54,743 nucleotides of DNA from Patescibacteria group bacterium (GCA_035283225.1 DATEUG010000011.1:1-54743), one strand, 5' to 3'. Positions 26,303 through 36,048 are shown, numbered from the stretch's first letter. Numbers and translations are program-made. Notes: generated by a model not told the origin, from the sequence alone.

Positions 26303-27171
26303 AAAAGTGGAACAGCGTCGGATATATCTTTTTGATCAGGAAATTCTTTGTCTAGGCGCTCCATGTCATTTTTGTCCATCTGCCAGCCTAGTGCGCCCAA
26401 GTTTTCCTCCAAGTGTTCTAAATTGGTCGATTTAGCCAAAGTAATAATATTTTCCTGACTGATCAACCAATTGATAGCAATTTGACTGGGAGTTTTTTGG
26501 TATTTAGCACACATTTCATCCAGAATCGGATAGTGACCAGGTTGGGTTAATGCCCCTTTTTGCACCGGTCGCCAGGCAATAAACAGCATGTCATTTTGCT
26601 GGCAATATTCTACCAAGCCATCCCGCTCGGGCTCGCGATACATTAAGTTGAGATGAAGCTGATTAGCCACAATTTGGTTTTGGGTGGCAGTCACCGCTTC
26701 TTTGGTTCTTTTAATAGAAAAATTGCTGATGCCGATATTTTTAATCCGGCCGTCGGCTTTTAACTTGTCCATCGCTGCCATCGTTTCTTTAATCGGCACC
26801 TGAAGACTGGGAGCATGCAGTAAGTAAAGATCCAGGTAGTCAATTTGCAGACGCTTTAAACTGTTTTCGCAGGCTACTAATAAATCATCATGCCTCAGAT
26901 GCTCTTGATGAGCTTTGGAAACGATAAATAGCTTAGATCGATCGTAACCTTTAATGGCTTGAGCCACTAATTCTTCTGCGTGACCGGCAGAATAACTTTC
27001 AGCAGTGTCGATGTGAGTAATCCCCGCCTCAATCGCGGCCTTAATCGCTGCAATGTCTGCTTGGTCGTCATTTTGCGGGTCACGTTCGTGTCTGCCACCC
27101 ATTTGCCAGGTACCAAAACCAAACACGGGCATGGAAAAACCCGATTTTAAAGTTTTGACCGGAATATTCAT
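26299..27171 (-). CDS. Aldo/keto reductase
   Basis: GFGTWQMG, IDTAESYS, catalytic-tetrad context (D, Y, K, H: LFIVSKAH, LLHAP), and IGISNF. Confidence 0.9.
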   Translation of the reverse strand: MNIPVKTLKSGFSMPVFGFGTWQMGGRHERDPQNDDQADIAAIKAAIEAGITHIDTAESYSAGHAEELVAQAIKGYDRSKLFIVSKAHQEHLRHDDLLVACENSLKRLQIDYLDLYLLHAPSLQVPIKETMAAMDKLKADGRIKNIGISNFSIKRTKEAVTATQNQIVANQLHLNLMYREPERDGLVEYCQQNDMLFIAWRPVQKGALTQPGHYPILDEMCAKYQKTPSQIAINWLISQENIITLAKSTNLEHLEENLGALGWQMDKNDMERLDKEFPDQKDISDAVPLL

Positions 27172-28322
27172 AAATTAATTATAGCGGCTTTATCGGCAAT
27201 TTCCCTTACGAGCCGATCAATTTTAATTTTCTTCTCTATTTGATCAATTTTCTCCGGATTGGCTCTGGTAGCCGGCGAACGGGAAATAATTGAACAACAG
27301 TCTTTATAGGGGGCAATTGCGGCCTGTTCCAAACCTAAACTTCTGACTAAATCGATAATCTCTTTTTTATCAGTACCGATTAAGGGCCGAAATACGGGCA
27401 AATCGGCGGCGGCATCAACGGCCACAATATTGCTTAGCGTCTGTGAAGCCACCTGGCCCAGGCTGTCGCCGACCACTAAGGCTTCATATCCGTGTTTTTT
27501 GGCCAAGGCTCCGGTCGCTTTAATCATTAACCGCCTAAAAACGACCAATTCGTGCGGGGCCAAATCTGCTGACAGATCAACTACTTCCATTTGGAAAGGA
27601 ATATAACTTAATAAAAACAGTTTTTGCGAGTAAGTGAACTCTTTTAAACCATCAACAATATCCTTAATTTTGGTCTTTAATACTTGCTTATGATCACTAA
27701 AAACATGGAAATGAGCAAAATCGACTTGCGCTCCTCTTTTGGCTAGTAAGTAGGCGGCAGCAATAGAATCAAAGCCGCCGGATAATAAACACAACACTTT
27801 GCCGCTGGTTCCCACCGGCAGGCCGCCGGCGCCGGCTAATTTGGCGCTATAGATAAAGGTGTTGATTTTCCCCAGATCCAAATAAATAGTTTTGTCAGGC
27901 TTAGATAAGTCGACCTTAGCTTTGGTAGCTTTAATCACTGCCGCACCCAGTTCCCGATCCGCCTCCTGACTGGTAAATGAAATCGTCTTATCGTTTCTGT
28001 GGGCGGCAATGGCAAAGGTGTCTTTATTTTTTATCTGTTTTTTAGCCAAACTCACTACCGCCTTGGTGATCACAGTCAGGTCAGTTTTAACCTCAACTAC
28101 CGGTGCAAACCAGGCAACTCCAAAGATATGTTCTAATTTTTTTAGACTTTGATTAATTAAACTTTCATCAACCTCGATTAAAATCTGTTTTCTTAACTTG
28201 GTTACAGCCCGGTTCGGTAAATTCAATGATCTTTTTAGGTTGGAAATTAGAGAATTTTCAAAAAAGTTTAAGTTTTTGCCCTTTAAGGCAATTTCTGCAT
28301 AGCGGACTAAAATTTTGGTCAT
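27168..28322 (-). CDS. thiI: tRNA 4-thiouridine(8) synthase ThiI (no rhodanese domain)
   Basis: N-terminal ferredoxin-like/THUMP region (ILVRYAEIALKGKN) and PP-loop LLSGGFDSIAAAYLL. Start set at ATG 28322. Confidence 0.85.
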   Translation of the reverse strand: MTKILVRYAEIALKGKNLNFFENSLISNLKRSLNLPNRAVTKLRKQILIEVDESLINQSLKKLEHIFGVAWFAPVVEVKTDLTVITKAVVSLAKKQIKNKDTFAIAAHRNDKTISFTSQEADRELGAAVIKATKAKVDLSKPDKTIYLDLGKINTFIYSAKLAGAGGLPVGTSGKVLCLLSGGFDSIAAAYLLAKRGAQVDFAHFHVFSDHKQVLKTKIKDIVDGLKEFTYSQKLFLLSYIPFQMEVVDLSADLAPHELVVFRRLMIKATGALAKKHGYEALVVGDSLGQVASQTLSNIVAVDAAADLPVFRPLIGTDKKEIIDLVRSLGLEQAAIAPYKDCCSIISRSPATRANPEKIDQIEKKIKIDRLVREIADKAAIINL

Positions 28323-29002
28323 AACCATGTCTTTCTTCCGGTAAAAACTGAAACCTGCCTCATATAGCTGCGGATTCCTGTATAGTTGAAAAGTTCCCAA
28401 AACATCTTGCCATCTCTTTTTAATCCGACAAGGCCGTATTTTTTCAACTTTAACGTAGTCTTGGCCCTAGAAGGCAGAGTAACAACCGTTAAATTATGGT
28501 CCAAACAATATTGATTTAAAGCGAGTTCCAGCTGAAACCCCTTAACTCGGCCACGAAGCACCGCTTTTAAAATCTTAGTTTTAACAATTCTTTCCCCGGA
28601 TAAAAGGATGTGTGTCGCCAATAAAGAACTTCTAAATGGGTCATTAATCCTGCCAAAAATTAACATGTCAATCTTTGGCTCCTTGCGGCACCAATCCAAG
28701 CCTGCCTGAAAATCTTTAACGGAAATTTTTCTTAAATCCGCATCCAGTAAAAAAACGTAATGAGTTTTGACTTTTTTTAAACCGGCAGCAACTGCTGCTG
28801 TTTTCCCTTGATTCTCTTTCAGTTTGATTAAAGTAACCCAAGGATACTTTTTGGCAATCTTTTCTGAGGCTAAATCTTGCGAACCGTCGTCAACACAAAC
28901 AATATCGGCTTGGCGCTTGAACGTGCTGATTTTGTCTAAAACTCTCAAAACCCTTTCCCCTTCGTTATAGAAAGGAATAAGACAAGTAAACTGTTTTGCC
29001 AT
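28319..29002 (-). CDS. Family 2 glycosyltransferase
   Basis: CLIPFYNEGERV, VCVDDGSQD and LLDADL (DxD). Start set at ATG 29002, because the longer ORF would run into the tRNA gene. Confidence 0.8.
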   Translation of the reverse strand: MAKQFTCLIPFYNEGERVLRVLDKISTFKRQADIVCVDDGSQDLASEKIAKKYPWVTLIKLKENQGKTAAVAAGLKKVKTHYVFLLDADLRKISVKDFQAGLDWCRKEPKIDMLIFGRINDPFRSSLLATHILLSGERIVKTKILKAVLRGRVKGFQLELALNQYCLDHNLTVVTLPSRAKTTLKLKKYGLVGLKRDGKMFWELFNYTGIRSYMRQVSVFTGRKTWL

Positions 29003-29045
29003 AAGGCATTCTAACACCGAAGCTATGTTAAAATATGGCTGACAA

Positions 29046-29116
29046 TGCCGGATCATCTAATGGCAGGATGTGACACTCTGAATGTCATCATCTAGGTTCG
29101 AATCCTAGTCCGGCAA
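29046..29116 (+). tRNA. tRNA-Gln (anticodon CUG), no encoded CCA
   Basis: Manual cloverleaf fold. Acceptor TGCCGGA/TCCGGCA (U1-A72), D-stem ATCT/GGAT, anticodon stem TGACA/TGTCA with loop CTCTGAA (anticodon CTG), 4-nt variable loop, T-arm CTAGG-TTCGAAT-CCTAG, discriminator A. The next bases are CAAG. Confidence 0.85.
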
Positions 29117-29188
29117 CAAGACTGGACACGAAGCGACCGTAAGCTCTCAATAAGGTATACTTAAACAAAGAAGGGGTGACATAAATAG

Positions 29189-29644
29189 ATGTTCGATCAT
29201 GTTAAAACTCAAATAAAAATTATTACTATTTTTCTTCTTGTAGCTTTTGGCTTCGGAGCATATATGTTTTATCAAAAACCACCCGCACAAAAGGACGACG
29301 TGGTAATGGTAAATAGCGGAGAATCCCGTTATGTTGAGCACTCTAAAACAGCTTTGGCCAAAGCAGCGGGCAACCGCCGAGTCTTGTTTTTCTACGCATC
29401 TTGGTGTCCGACTTGTCAACCAACTGATGCAAATCTTAAGGAAAACACCGATAGAATTCCTGAGGACTTAACAGTTATACGGGTAAATTATAACGACCCA
29501 GAAACAGACCAGGAAGAAAAAGATTTAGCCAAAAAGTACAACGTTGTCTACCAACACACGTTTGTTCAGATAGATGCAGAGGGTAATATGGTGACTGGGT
29601 GGAATGGTGGACAAATAGACGAATTACTCGCCAAAACTAAGTAA
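29189..29644 (+). CDS. Membrane-anchored thioredoxin-fold protein
   Basis: N-terminal TM and the FFYASWCPTCQ CxxC thioredoxin motif. Confidence 0.7.
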   Translation: MFDHVKTQIKIITIFLLVAFGFGAYMFYQKPPAQKDDVVMVNSGESRYVEHSKTALAKAAGNRRVLFFYASWCPTCQPTDANLKENTDRIPEDLTVIRVNYNDPETDQEEKDLAKKYNVVYQHTFVQIDAEGNMVTGWNGGQIDELLAKTK

Positions 29645-29693
29645 TCTGTAGATGATATTACTTGGCCAAACGGGCCTAGATCGATACGCTCAA

Positions 29694-29724
29694 CCCGTTC
29701 GACTCGCTACGCTCGCTCAGGGCC
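29694..29724 (+). repeat. Intergenic copy of the CCC(T)TCGACT..CGCTC(A)GGG dispersed motif (family B)
   Basis: CCCGTTCGACTCGCTACGCTCGCTCAGGGCC, followed by the GGCCTTCGGCC hairpin. Compare 817-840, 13385-13407, 13424-13445 and 19864-19886. Confidence 0.5.
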
Positions 29725-29755
29725 TTCGGCCACACATAAAGGAATCGTAATAAAT

Positions 29756-30025
29756 ATGTATTCTGTCTACATCCTTCGTACATCAGCAAATACCTTATAT
29801 ATTGGACAAACTAATAATCTCGAGAAACGGCTCAATGAGCATAAAAGTAAATCAAGTACTTCTGCAAGATACGTGCGTTATTTCAATTCTGTTGACTTGG
29901 TATACCAAGAAAGTTTCGATTCAAGAAGAGAGGCAATGCGCAGGGAGGCACAGCTAAAAAAGTGGTCTAAGGCCAAAAAAGAGGCCTTGGTAAGAAGCAA
30001 TTTAAATTTGTTAAAAAAGCTGTAG
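29756..30025 (+). CDS. Small GIY-YIG nuclease-superfamily protein (UPF0213/YhbQ-like)
   Basis: YSVYILRTSANTLYIGQTNNLEKRLNEHK carries the GIY..YIG..R..EH motifs. 89 aa. Confidence 0.8.
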   Translation: MYSVYILRTSANTLYIGQTNNLEKRLNEHKSKSSTSARYVRYFNSVDLVYQESFDSRREAMRREAQLKKWSKAKKEALVRSNLNLLKKL

Positions 30026-30039
30026 AATATGAACATTAA

Positions 30040-30504
30040 ATGAAAAAACACATCCGACCAACCTGGGACCAGTACTTTATGGAAATAGCCCATGTAGCCA
30101 AAAGCCGGTCGACTTGCATTAGAATGAGGGTTGGAGCAGTGCTGGTACGAAACAAGCACTTACTGGCTACCGGCTACAACGAAACTCCAAGTGGGACTAA
30201 AAACTGTGTTGACGGCGGTTGTGAACGCTGCACTAAAAGACATAAGGGGATTTATAAAGCTAATGAGCACAAAGACAGGTGTCTCTGCGTCCACGCCGAG
30301 CAAAATGTGATTTTACAATCGGCTTATCACGGCGTTTCCACCAAAGGCTCAAGCCTTTACTCGACTATCATGCCCTGTAATTACTGTGCCAAACTGTTGA
30401 TCAACGCCGGCATTATTGAAGTCGTTATTGACCAGCATCACACCGATAAATTTGGGCTAACCCTTTTTAAAAGAGCTGGGGTGATTGTTCGCCGACTGAA
30501 GTAA
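30040..30504 (+). CDS. dCMP (deoxycytidylate) deaminase
   Basis: Zinc-binding motifs HAEQNVI and PCNYCAKLLINAG. The N-terminus WDQYFMEIAHVAKSRSTC is typical of ComEB/dCMP deaminases. Confidence 0.85.
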   Translation: MKKHIRPTWDQYFMEIAHVAKSRSTCIRMRVGAVLVRNKHLLATGYNETPSGTKNCVDGGCERCTKRHKGIYKANEHKDRCLCVHAEQNVILQSAYHGVSTKGSSLYSTIMPCNYCAKLLINAGIIEVVIDQHHTDKFGLTLFKRAGVIVRRLK

Positions 30505-30506
30505 AT

Positions 30507-31475
30507 ATGGGTTTTGCTCCTTCAATCCCCGTGGCTTTTGGGATGTTGTTAGTGAACATGATTGGTTGGGGATCATGGATTAACACACTTAAAAAATGCG
30601 GCAATTGGCGATTTGAAGCATATTATTGGGACTTTGCCTGGAGCATTGTTGTCTGGACCGTTTTATTATCAATTCTCCTTGGCGGTTTTGACCTAAATAA
30701 TTTTTCTCTAATCGGTGGGCTCTGGGCCATACTAGGCGGCTTTTTCTGGGGGCTGGGTAACATCTTGCTTGTTGCCGCCATCGCCCTGACGGGCTTTGCC
30801 AACGCCTTTCCTTTAGCGCTCGGCATTGCTTTAATTTTGGGCACGACTCTGGCTTTTATTACCAATCCTACTGCCACCAGTAATCCTGTTTATCTGTTTG
30901 CCGGATTGTTTATGGTGCTGCTGGCCGTTATCGCTAATGGAATTGCTTATAAGTTAAAAGAGCGGGGTGGAATTGAAAAAAGAAATTTACAACGAGGCAT
31001 CATTGTCTCGCTGCTTTGTGGTTTAATTCTTGGACTTTTCCCTTTCCCTTTTAACTACGCCTTTGCCCAAGGCTTAAGCGGATATAGCGGAGCGGTATTT
31101 ATGACCATAGGAGGCTTTCTAGCCACAGTAGTTTTATTGCCGCTGATAATGAAAAAGCCGTTGGTTCCTAAACAACCACCAATTGATGTGGATGAATACC
31201 TGCGGGCCCAACCTTCCTGGCATGGCTGGGCTATTTTGGCAGGACTAATATGGTCGATGGCCACTGTTTCTAATTTGGTGGTAGCCTCAATGCCAAATTT
31301 TAGTGTGGCTATTGCCTACACTTTAGGCCAATGTGCTCCAATGATCGGAGCCCTCTGGGGAATATTCGCCTGGAAGGAATTTCGGGGCGCTCCCAAGAAA
31401 TCTTATGCTTACTTGGGTTTAATGTTTACTTTATTTATCTTCGGAATTTTCTTGCTATCTAAATCTATAGGTTAA
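30507..31475 (+). CDS. Polytopic membrane protein, DMT-superfamily/GRP sugar-transporter-like (tentative)
   Basis: About 10 TM helices. GWGSW near the N-terminus resembles GRP/ureide-permease-type DMT proteins. Function is not supported beyond this. Confidence 0.45.
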   Translation: MGFAPSIPVAFGMLLVNMIGWGSWINTLKKCGNWRFEAYYWDFAWSIVVWTVLLSILLGGFDLNNFSLIGGLWAILGGFFWGLGNILLVAAIALTGFANAFPLALGIALILGTTLAFITNPTATSNPVYLFAGLFMVLLAVIANGIAYKLKERGGIEKRNLQRGIIVSLLCGLILGLFPFPFNYAFAQGLSGYSGAVFMTIGGFLATVVLLPLIMKKPLVPKQPPIDVDEYLRAQPSWHGWAILAGLIWSMATVSNLVVASMPNFSVAIAYTLGQCAPMIGALWGIFAWKEFRGAPKKSYAYLGLMFTLFIFGIFLLSKSIG

Positions 31476-31479
31476 TAAA

Positions 31480-32058
31480 ATGAATCTTTATCTTGTCCGC
31501 CATACCGAATTTAACAACCCGAAAAACTTATTTCACTTTCGCCTGCCGATGCCTTTATCGGCAACAGGCAGACAAAATGCCAAACGAATTGGTCAGTGGT
31601 TTGTAAAACAGAAACTTAAAAAGTTGCCAATATATTCCAGTCCAATGGTTAGATGCGTTCAGACTGCCAAACTGATCGGCGTACAAACAGACTCATCCGT
31701 CACCGTTGACGACCGATTGATCGAAGTCGGTTGTCCTAATTTACAAGGAAAACCTAAAGCTGAAAAACAGGCCTGGAAAATAGAACAAGATGACCCATCC
31801 AGGGAACCAAAAGACCGAGTAGTTGCCAGAATGATGTCTGTCATCAAGGAAAAGGTCAGCAAGGGTAAGGAATGTGTTTTAGTTTCTCATGGCGAACCCC
31901 TCACTTTCGCCTATTGGTACCTTACAAATCAAAAGTTCCCCCGCTATCCTTGGGATCCGAAAAATAAAAGCTTAATTATTCAAAGAGGTGAAGTAGTGAA
32001 ACTGGAATTTCAAGGTAAAACTTTCAAAAAAGCCACTAAGATTAAGATAAAGAGTTGA
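31480..32058 (+). CDS. Histidine phosphatase (phosphoglycerate-mutase-like) family protein
   Basis: N-terminal LYLVRHTE (RHG-type motif) and a distal SHGEPL. Confidence 0.75.
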   Translation: MNLYLVRHTEFNNPKNLFHFRLPMPLSATGRQNAKRIGQWFVKQKLKKLPIYSSPMVRCVQTAKLIGVQTDSSVTVDDRLIEVGCPNLQGKPKAEKQAWKIEQDDPSREPKDRVVARMMSVIKEKVSKGKECVLVSHGEPLTFAYWYLTNQKFPRYPWDPKNKSLIIQRGEVVKLEFQGKTFKKATKIKIKS

Positions 32059-32488
32059 TTTCGTAAGTTACCTTTCCCGCGGGCACCACGACCGATACTT
32101 TGTCGCCTACTTTTTTACCCATGAGCGCCTGGCCGATAGGGCCGGTCATTGATAAACGATTCTCAAGCGGGTCAGACTCGTACTCGCTCACCATGGTGAA
32201 AGTCTTTGTACCCGTCGGCGCGGTCACTGTCACGACACTGCCAAAACCAACGCTGCCATTTTTTTGCGCCGGGGTGACAACCGCGTTTTTCAATAAAAAT
32301 GACAGTTGGCGCAGCTGTCTGCCAATATCTCCCAACTCCATACGGCCGTATTTATAAGCACCATTTTCCGACAAATCACCCATTTCCCGGGCAGTTTGTA
32401 CCCGAACAACCGTTTCAGCCCGTTTTTGCTGTAACCTGGCTCTTTCGGCAAGTAATTTATCGTAACCAGTTCTGGTAAAAGGAATCAT
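32042..32488 (-). CDS. greA: Transcription elongation factor GreA
   Basis: N-terminal coiled coil with the conserved EMGDLSENGAYKYGR, and a C-terminal FKBP-like domain. Confidence 0.9.
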   Translation of the reverse strand: MIPFTRTGYDKLLAERARLQQKRAETVVRVQTAREMGDLSENGAYKYGRMELGDIGRQLRQLSFLLKNAVVTPAQKNGSVGFGSVVTVTAPTGTKTFTMVSEYESDPLENRLSMTGPIGQALMGKKVGDKVSVVVPAGKVTYEINSLS

Positions 32489-32513
32489 AGGTGCTTGCTA
32501 TAATAGCAGATAA
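32489..32513. promoter_or_regulatory. Divergent promoter region
   Basis: Extended -10 TGcTATAAT (32496-32504) lies 9 nt upstream of ATG 32514. The opposite strand has TATTAT/TATAGC 8-11 nt upstream of greA ATG 32488. Confidence 0.5.
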
Positions 32514-32984
32514 ATGACCACAAAATCCCTAAAGCGGTTTTTAATCACGGCCAATAAGGCCGGCTATGTCACCGGCAATGAACGGTCTTGGAAAAAAGAA
32601 AAAGATAAATCAACGACGATTACCTTCAAACAGGGCAAATGGTCGATGAATGACAATTTTTTCGGCGGCGAACCATATGGCGGCCGGTTGGCAGTGTTTT
32701 ATGACCATAAACCGGTCTGGCTGATGATTTATTACGGCTGGGTGGAAACTAAAGCTAACCCGGATGAAGTTTATAAAGTTTTACGCGCCGCTCTAGCTAA
32801 AATGCCGAATGCATCCCCTTTCCGCGGCCCGAAAAAATTGTTAAGCGGACAGTTTAAATATTTAAACTCCTGGGCGGGAAAAGTAACTAGATTCTCCGGC
32901 ACGGAAATAATCTTAAAGGGAAAAACGGAAATTTACCGGGCCTCATATATGGGCGGAACGGTCGACCAAAGAAAGGCTCTTTAA
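32514..32984 (+). CDS. Conserved hypothetical protein
   Basis: 156-aa soluble ORF (FFGGEPYGGRLAVFYDHKPVWLMIYYGWV). I cannot assign a family with confidence. Confidence 0.5.
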   Translation: MTTKSLKRFLITANKAGYVTGNERSWKKEKDKSTTITFKQGKWSMNDNFFGGEPYGGRLAVFYDHKPVWLMIYYGWVETKANPDEVYKVLRAALAKMPNASPFRGPKKLLSGQFKYLNSWAGKVTRFSGTEIILKGKTEIYRASYMGGTVDQRKAL

Positions 32985-33979
32985 CCGGTGAGTTTGGATA
33001 AGTAAGGAATTTTGTGGGCAAGATAGCCGACGCCAAATGAGGCGGCGGCAGTAGCGAGGAAAAACATCGGATCGTACCACCAGGCTTGAACTGTACCAAT
33101 CTGGCGCCAGAGCAATTCCAAAGGAATCAAGTGAAAGAAAAAGACAAAAAAGGCCAGACCCGATAAAGCGGGAATTTGTTTTTGGAATCTTTTGCTGACG
33201 GAAAACAAATAATAAAGGACTGCTGACAAACTAATTGAGTAAAACATGACGCTCGGACGCCACTGGGAGTAAAAAGCGTGAATGTTCCAGGTCATAAAAT
33301 ATCTTTGCCACCCCTGCCAGAAAATACCTAAGGCCAAACCAATGGTTAATGGGGCTAGCGCCCAAAACCACTTTTTAATCCCCTCCATTAACTGTTTTTG
33401 GTAGTGTGAGGCCACCATCCCAATGATAAAAACATAAAATGCCATCAGGGCAATACTGATGGGAAATGGGTAAGGTAAATCACGGACAAAATAGTCCTGG
33501 TAAAGGATTCTCACTTGAACGGCGCCAAGAACCAGCAGCACCAAAGGGTGGGCCAAAATTTTATACAAGCGGTGGAATAACGGAAAGATTAGATAAAAAA
33601 TCATTAAAGCCGGAATAAAGTAAAGCTGGTAAGCCGCTCCGCCCCATAAAAGCACTGTTGATAAAGGTGCCAGATTGCCTTGGTAGACAAAAAAATAATA
33701 AATAAGACTCCAAAATAAATAAGGAACTAAAATTTTACTTAAACGTTTTTTTAAATAACTTAAATAATCAGGGTGGTGGCCGTAATTTAACTCCAGGACA
33801 AAACCGGAAATTAAAAAAAACATCGGCACGGCAAAGCGAGAAATTTGATTTAAAAGTAACGGCCACCAATATGCATTTAAGTCATAACCGGTGGCATTAA
33901 GGGTTTTTGTGGTGGTGTGAACCAAAACTACTGCCAAGATGGCTAGTAATCTCATGACGTCAATCGCCGGACTATGCAT
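32981..33979 (-). CDS. Acyltransferase family 3 (OafA-like) membrane protein
   Basis: IDVMRLLAILAVVLVHTT at the N-terminus and about 10 TM helices. Confidence 0.8.
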   Translation of the reverse strand: MHSPAIDVMRLLAILAVVLVHTTTKTLNATGYDLNAYWWPLLLNQISRFAVPMFFLISGFVLELNYGHHPDYLSYLKKRLSKILVPYLFWSLIYYFFVYQGNLAPLSTVLLWGGAAYQLYFIPALMIFYLIFPLFHRLYKILAHPLVLLVLGAVQVRILYQDYFVRDLPYPFPISIALMAFYVFIIGMVASHYQKQLMEGIKKWFWALAPLTIGLALGIFWQGWQRYFMTWNIHAFYSQWRPSVMFYSISLSAVLYYLFSVSKRFQKQIPALSGLAFFVFFFHLIPLELLWRQIGTVQAWWYDPMFFLATAAASFGVGYLAHKIPYLSKLTG

Positions 33980-34591
33980 CTAAACGCCCAACTTTTCTTT
34001 GACGAAAATCAAAGTCAGACGGTGGGGCACTTTTTCCCTGCTGATTTGTAAAAGTTTGCTGACGTTGCTACCCGTTCCATAAAGCTCACGCATGTGCTTG
34101 TCTTCAGTCGGCAAGCAATATTCATAAACTCTGGTTCTTGCTTCCTCCAAATCGGCAACAATTTTTTGAGTGCCGACTACCCAAATCACGTGAGCTGAAG
34201 AGTAGGCGTTAGCCGACAGCTGGCTGCCGGTATTGGAAGCAATTAAAATATGGCCATCAAGGCTGACCGCGTGAACGCTGCCGACCGCCCACTCGGGCGC
34301 GGCGCCCAGCTTTTGCATCACTACCCCTTGGGTTTTACGGTCCATTTGCTTTAATTTGTTTTTAACTGAATCGTAATTACCCGACTCATTTATCTCTTTG
34401 ACTAACCCCAGCGTCTCTAAGGTTACCGATGACATATTCATCACTTCGGCGCCTTTGGGCAGCATTTCCAAAACTTTAGCTTTCGCCGCTGCGCCATTAT
34501 CAACGACCAAGACATCGATGCCGGCGGCAGTTAAACTGTCAACTGTTTTTTTGATCGAAGTTTCATCGGCTAACTCATCCCAGGGTTTCAT
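33980..34591 (-). CDS. LUD-domain (lactate-utilisation B/C-like, DUF162) protein
   Basis: About 200 aa, with VMNMSSVTLETLGL and VSLDGHILIASNTGSQL segments typical of LUD domains. Start set at ATG 34591. Confidence 0.6.
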   Translation of the reverse strand: MKPWDELADETSIKKTVDSLTAAGIDVLVVDNGAAAKAKVLEMLPKGAEVMNMSSVTLETLGLVKEINESGNYDSVKNKLKQMDRKTQGVVMQKLGAAPEWAVGSVHAVSLDGHILIASNTGSQLSANAYSSAHVIWVVGTQKIVADLEEARTRVYEYCLPTEDKHMRELYGTGSNVSKLLQISREKVPHRLTLIFVKEKLGV

Positions 34592-34596
34592 AATTT

Positions 34597-35085
34597 TTAT
34601 TTTAACAGTTCCAGGAAGGTATAGTGCCAATCGTTTTCTCTGCCCTCTTGTTCAAAAACGATTTTTTTAAACGATGGGTAGGGCGGAAAAAAGATTTCGG
34701 CGCCAAAATCTCCTTGAACTTTAGTGACGTAAAGTTTATCAACTAAGTTTTGTTCCATCGCTTGTTTAAAAATCTCCCCGCCGCCGATAATAAAAATTTC
34801 TTGATCATCTAAGGATCGGGCTAACTCCAGGGCAGAAGACAACGAATTAACCACCCTGGCGCCCTCGACCTTAAAATCCGGATTTCGGCTAATAATGATG
34901 TTGGCTCTTCCCGATAACACCCGGCCGATTGACGAGTGAGTTTTTCGGCCCATGATAATCGGATGACCCATGGTAATTTGCTTAAACCTCTTTAAGTCAG
35001 CGGAAAGGCGAAACAGAAGCTGGTTGGTTTTACCGATGCCTAATTTATCATCATGAGCCACGATTAAAGAAACACGGGCGGCCAT
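34597..35085 (-). CDS. folA: Dihydrofolate reductase
   Basis: LIVAHDDKLGIGKTNQLLFRL..DLKRFKQITMGHPIIMGRKT and FIIGGGEIF. Lies immediately downstream of thyA. Confidence 0.9.
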   Translation of the reverse strand: MAARVSLIVAHDDKLGIGKTNQLLFRLSADLKRFKQITMGHPIIMGRKTHSSIGRVLSGRANIIISRNPDFKVEGARVVNSLSSALELARSLDDQEIFIIGGGEIFKQAMEQNLVDKLYVTKVQGDFGAEIFFPPYPSFKKIVFEQEGRENDWHYTFLELLK

Positions 35086-36048
35086 TTAAAAGCCTCCGAC
35101 AACCGTAATCTCGCCTTTAATGCCCGGGTGCGGATCGTAATTTTCAATCGTAAAATCTTCAAACTTAAAGTCGTTAATCGATTTTACTTTTGGATTAATT
35201 TTCATGGTCGGAAACGGCCGGGGCTGGCGCTTAAGCTGGATTTTCACTTGGTCAATGTGGTTTTGGTAGATATGAGCGTCACCAAAAGTGTGAACAAAAT
35301 CCCCGGGTTTGTAGCCGGTGACTTGAGCCAGCATTAAAGTTAATAAAGCATAGGAAGCAATATTAAAAGGGACTCCTAAAAACATGTCAGCCGAGCGCTG
35401 ATATAAAAGGAGCGACAGTTTGTCACCGGTAATATTGATGTGAAACATCGTGTGGCAAGGAGCAATTACCATCGAGGCTGAATGAGAACCGCTCATTTCG
35501 TAAATACAGCCGGCGTTCCAGGCAGAAATAAGATAATGCTTTTTCTGGGGGTATTTTTTAATTTTTTCGATCGCCCAACCCAATTGATCAACCGTGGAAG
35601 GCTTGCCTGACGAAGCCTTAGAAAAGGTGGGCCAATTGCGCCACTGAACACCGTAAACCGGACCCAAATCGCCCCACTGGTCGACAAAACCCGGTTCGTT
35701 CTTAATTTTGTCCATAAACTCCCCAAAAGCTAATTCCTTAGCCTTACCGTCTTTAACGGCCCACTGGTATTTTTTAAAGGCCCAGTCATCCCAGATGTGA
35801 ACATGGTTATCAACTAAATACTTGATGTTGGACGAGCCGGATAAAAACCACAAAAGTTCATGAATGATCCCCCGCAAAAAGACTTTCTTGGTGGTCAGAA
35901 GCGGAAAACCCTGAGACAAATCAAACCTGATCTGACGGCCAAAAACTGACTTTAACTTAACGCCGGTAGAGTGACTAATTTTCCACTGACCATTATCCAA
36001 AATATCTTTTAATAGATTTAAATACTGGAATTCCGATTGGTTAACCAT
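35086..36048 (-). CDS. thyA: Thymidylate synthase ThyA (long form with insertion)
   Basis: YLNLLKDIL, catalytic APCH (MVIAPCHTMFH), QRSADMFLGVPFNIASYALL and GDAHIY. 320 aa implies an L. casei-type insert. Confidence 0.95.
   Translation of the reverse strand: MVNQSEFQYLNLLKDILDNGQWKISHSTGVKLKSVFGRQIRFDLSQGFPLLTTKKVFLRGIIHELLWFLSGSSNIKYLVDNHVHIWDDWAFKKYQWAVKDGKAKELAFGEFMDKIKNEPGFVDQWGDLGPVYGVQWRNWPTFSKASSGKPSTVDQLGWAIEKIKKYPQKKHYLISAWNAGCIYEMSGSHSASMVIAPCHTMFHINITGDKLSLLLYQRSADMFLGVPFNIASYALLTLMLAQVTGYKPGDFVHTFGDAHIYQNHIDQVKIQLKRQPRPFPTMKINPKVKSINDFKFEDFTIENYDPHPGIKGEITVVGGF

Noticed and set aside
29003-29056. Longer start for the GT2 glycosyltransferase (ORF track 28319-29056)
   Set aside because: The extension would overlap the tRNA-Gln gene. 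The conserved GT2 N-terminus begins at ATG 29002.
29117-29755. Direct repeat of the tRNA-Gln 3' end (att site) downstream of the tRNA
   Set aside because: Only a GTTCGA(A/C)TC-like 8/10 match occurs at about 29697. It is part of the family-B motif, which occurs elsewhere, and is not convincing as an integration scar.
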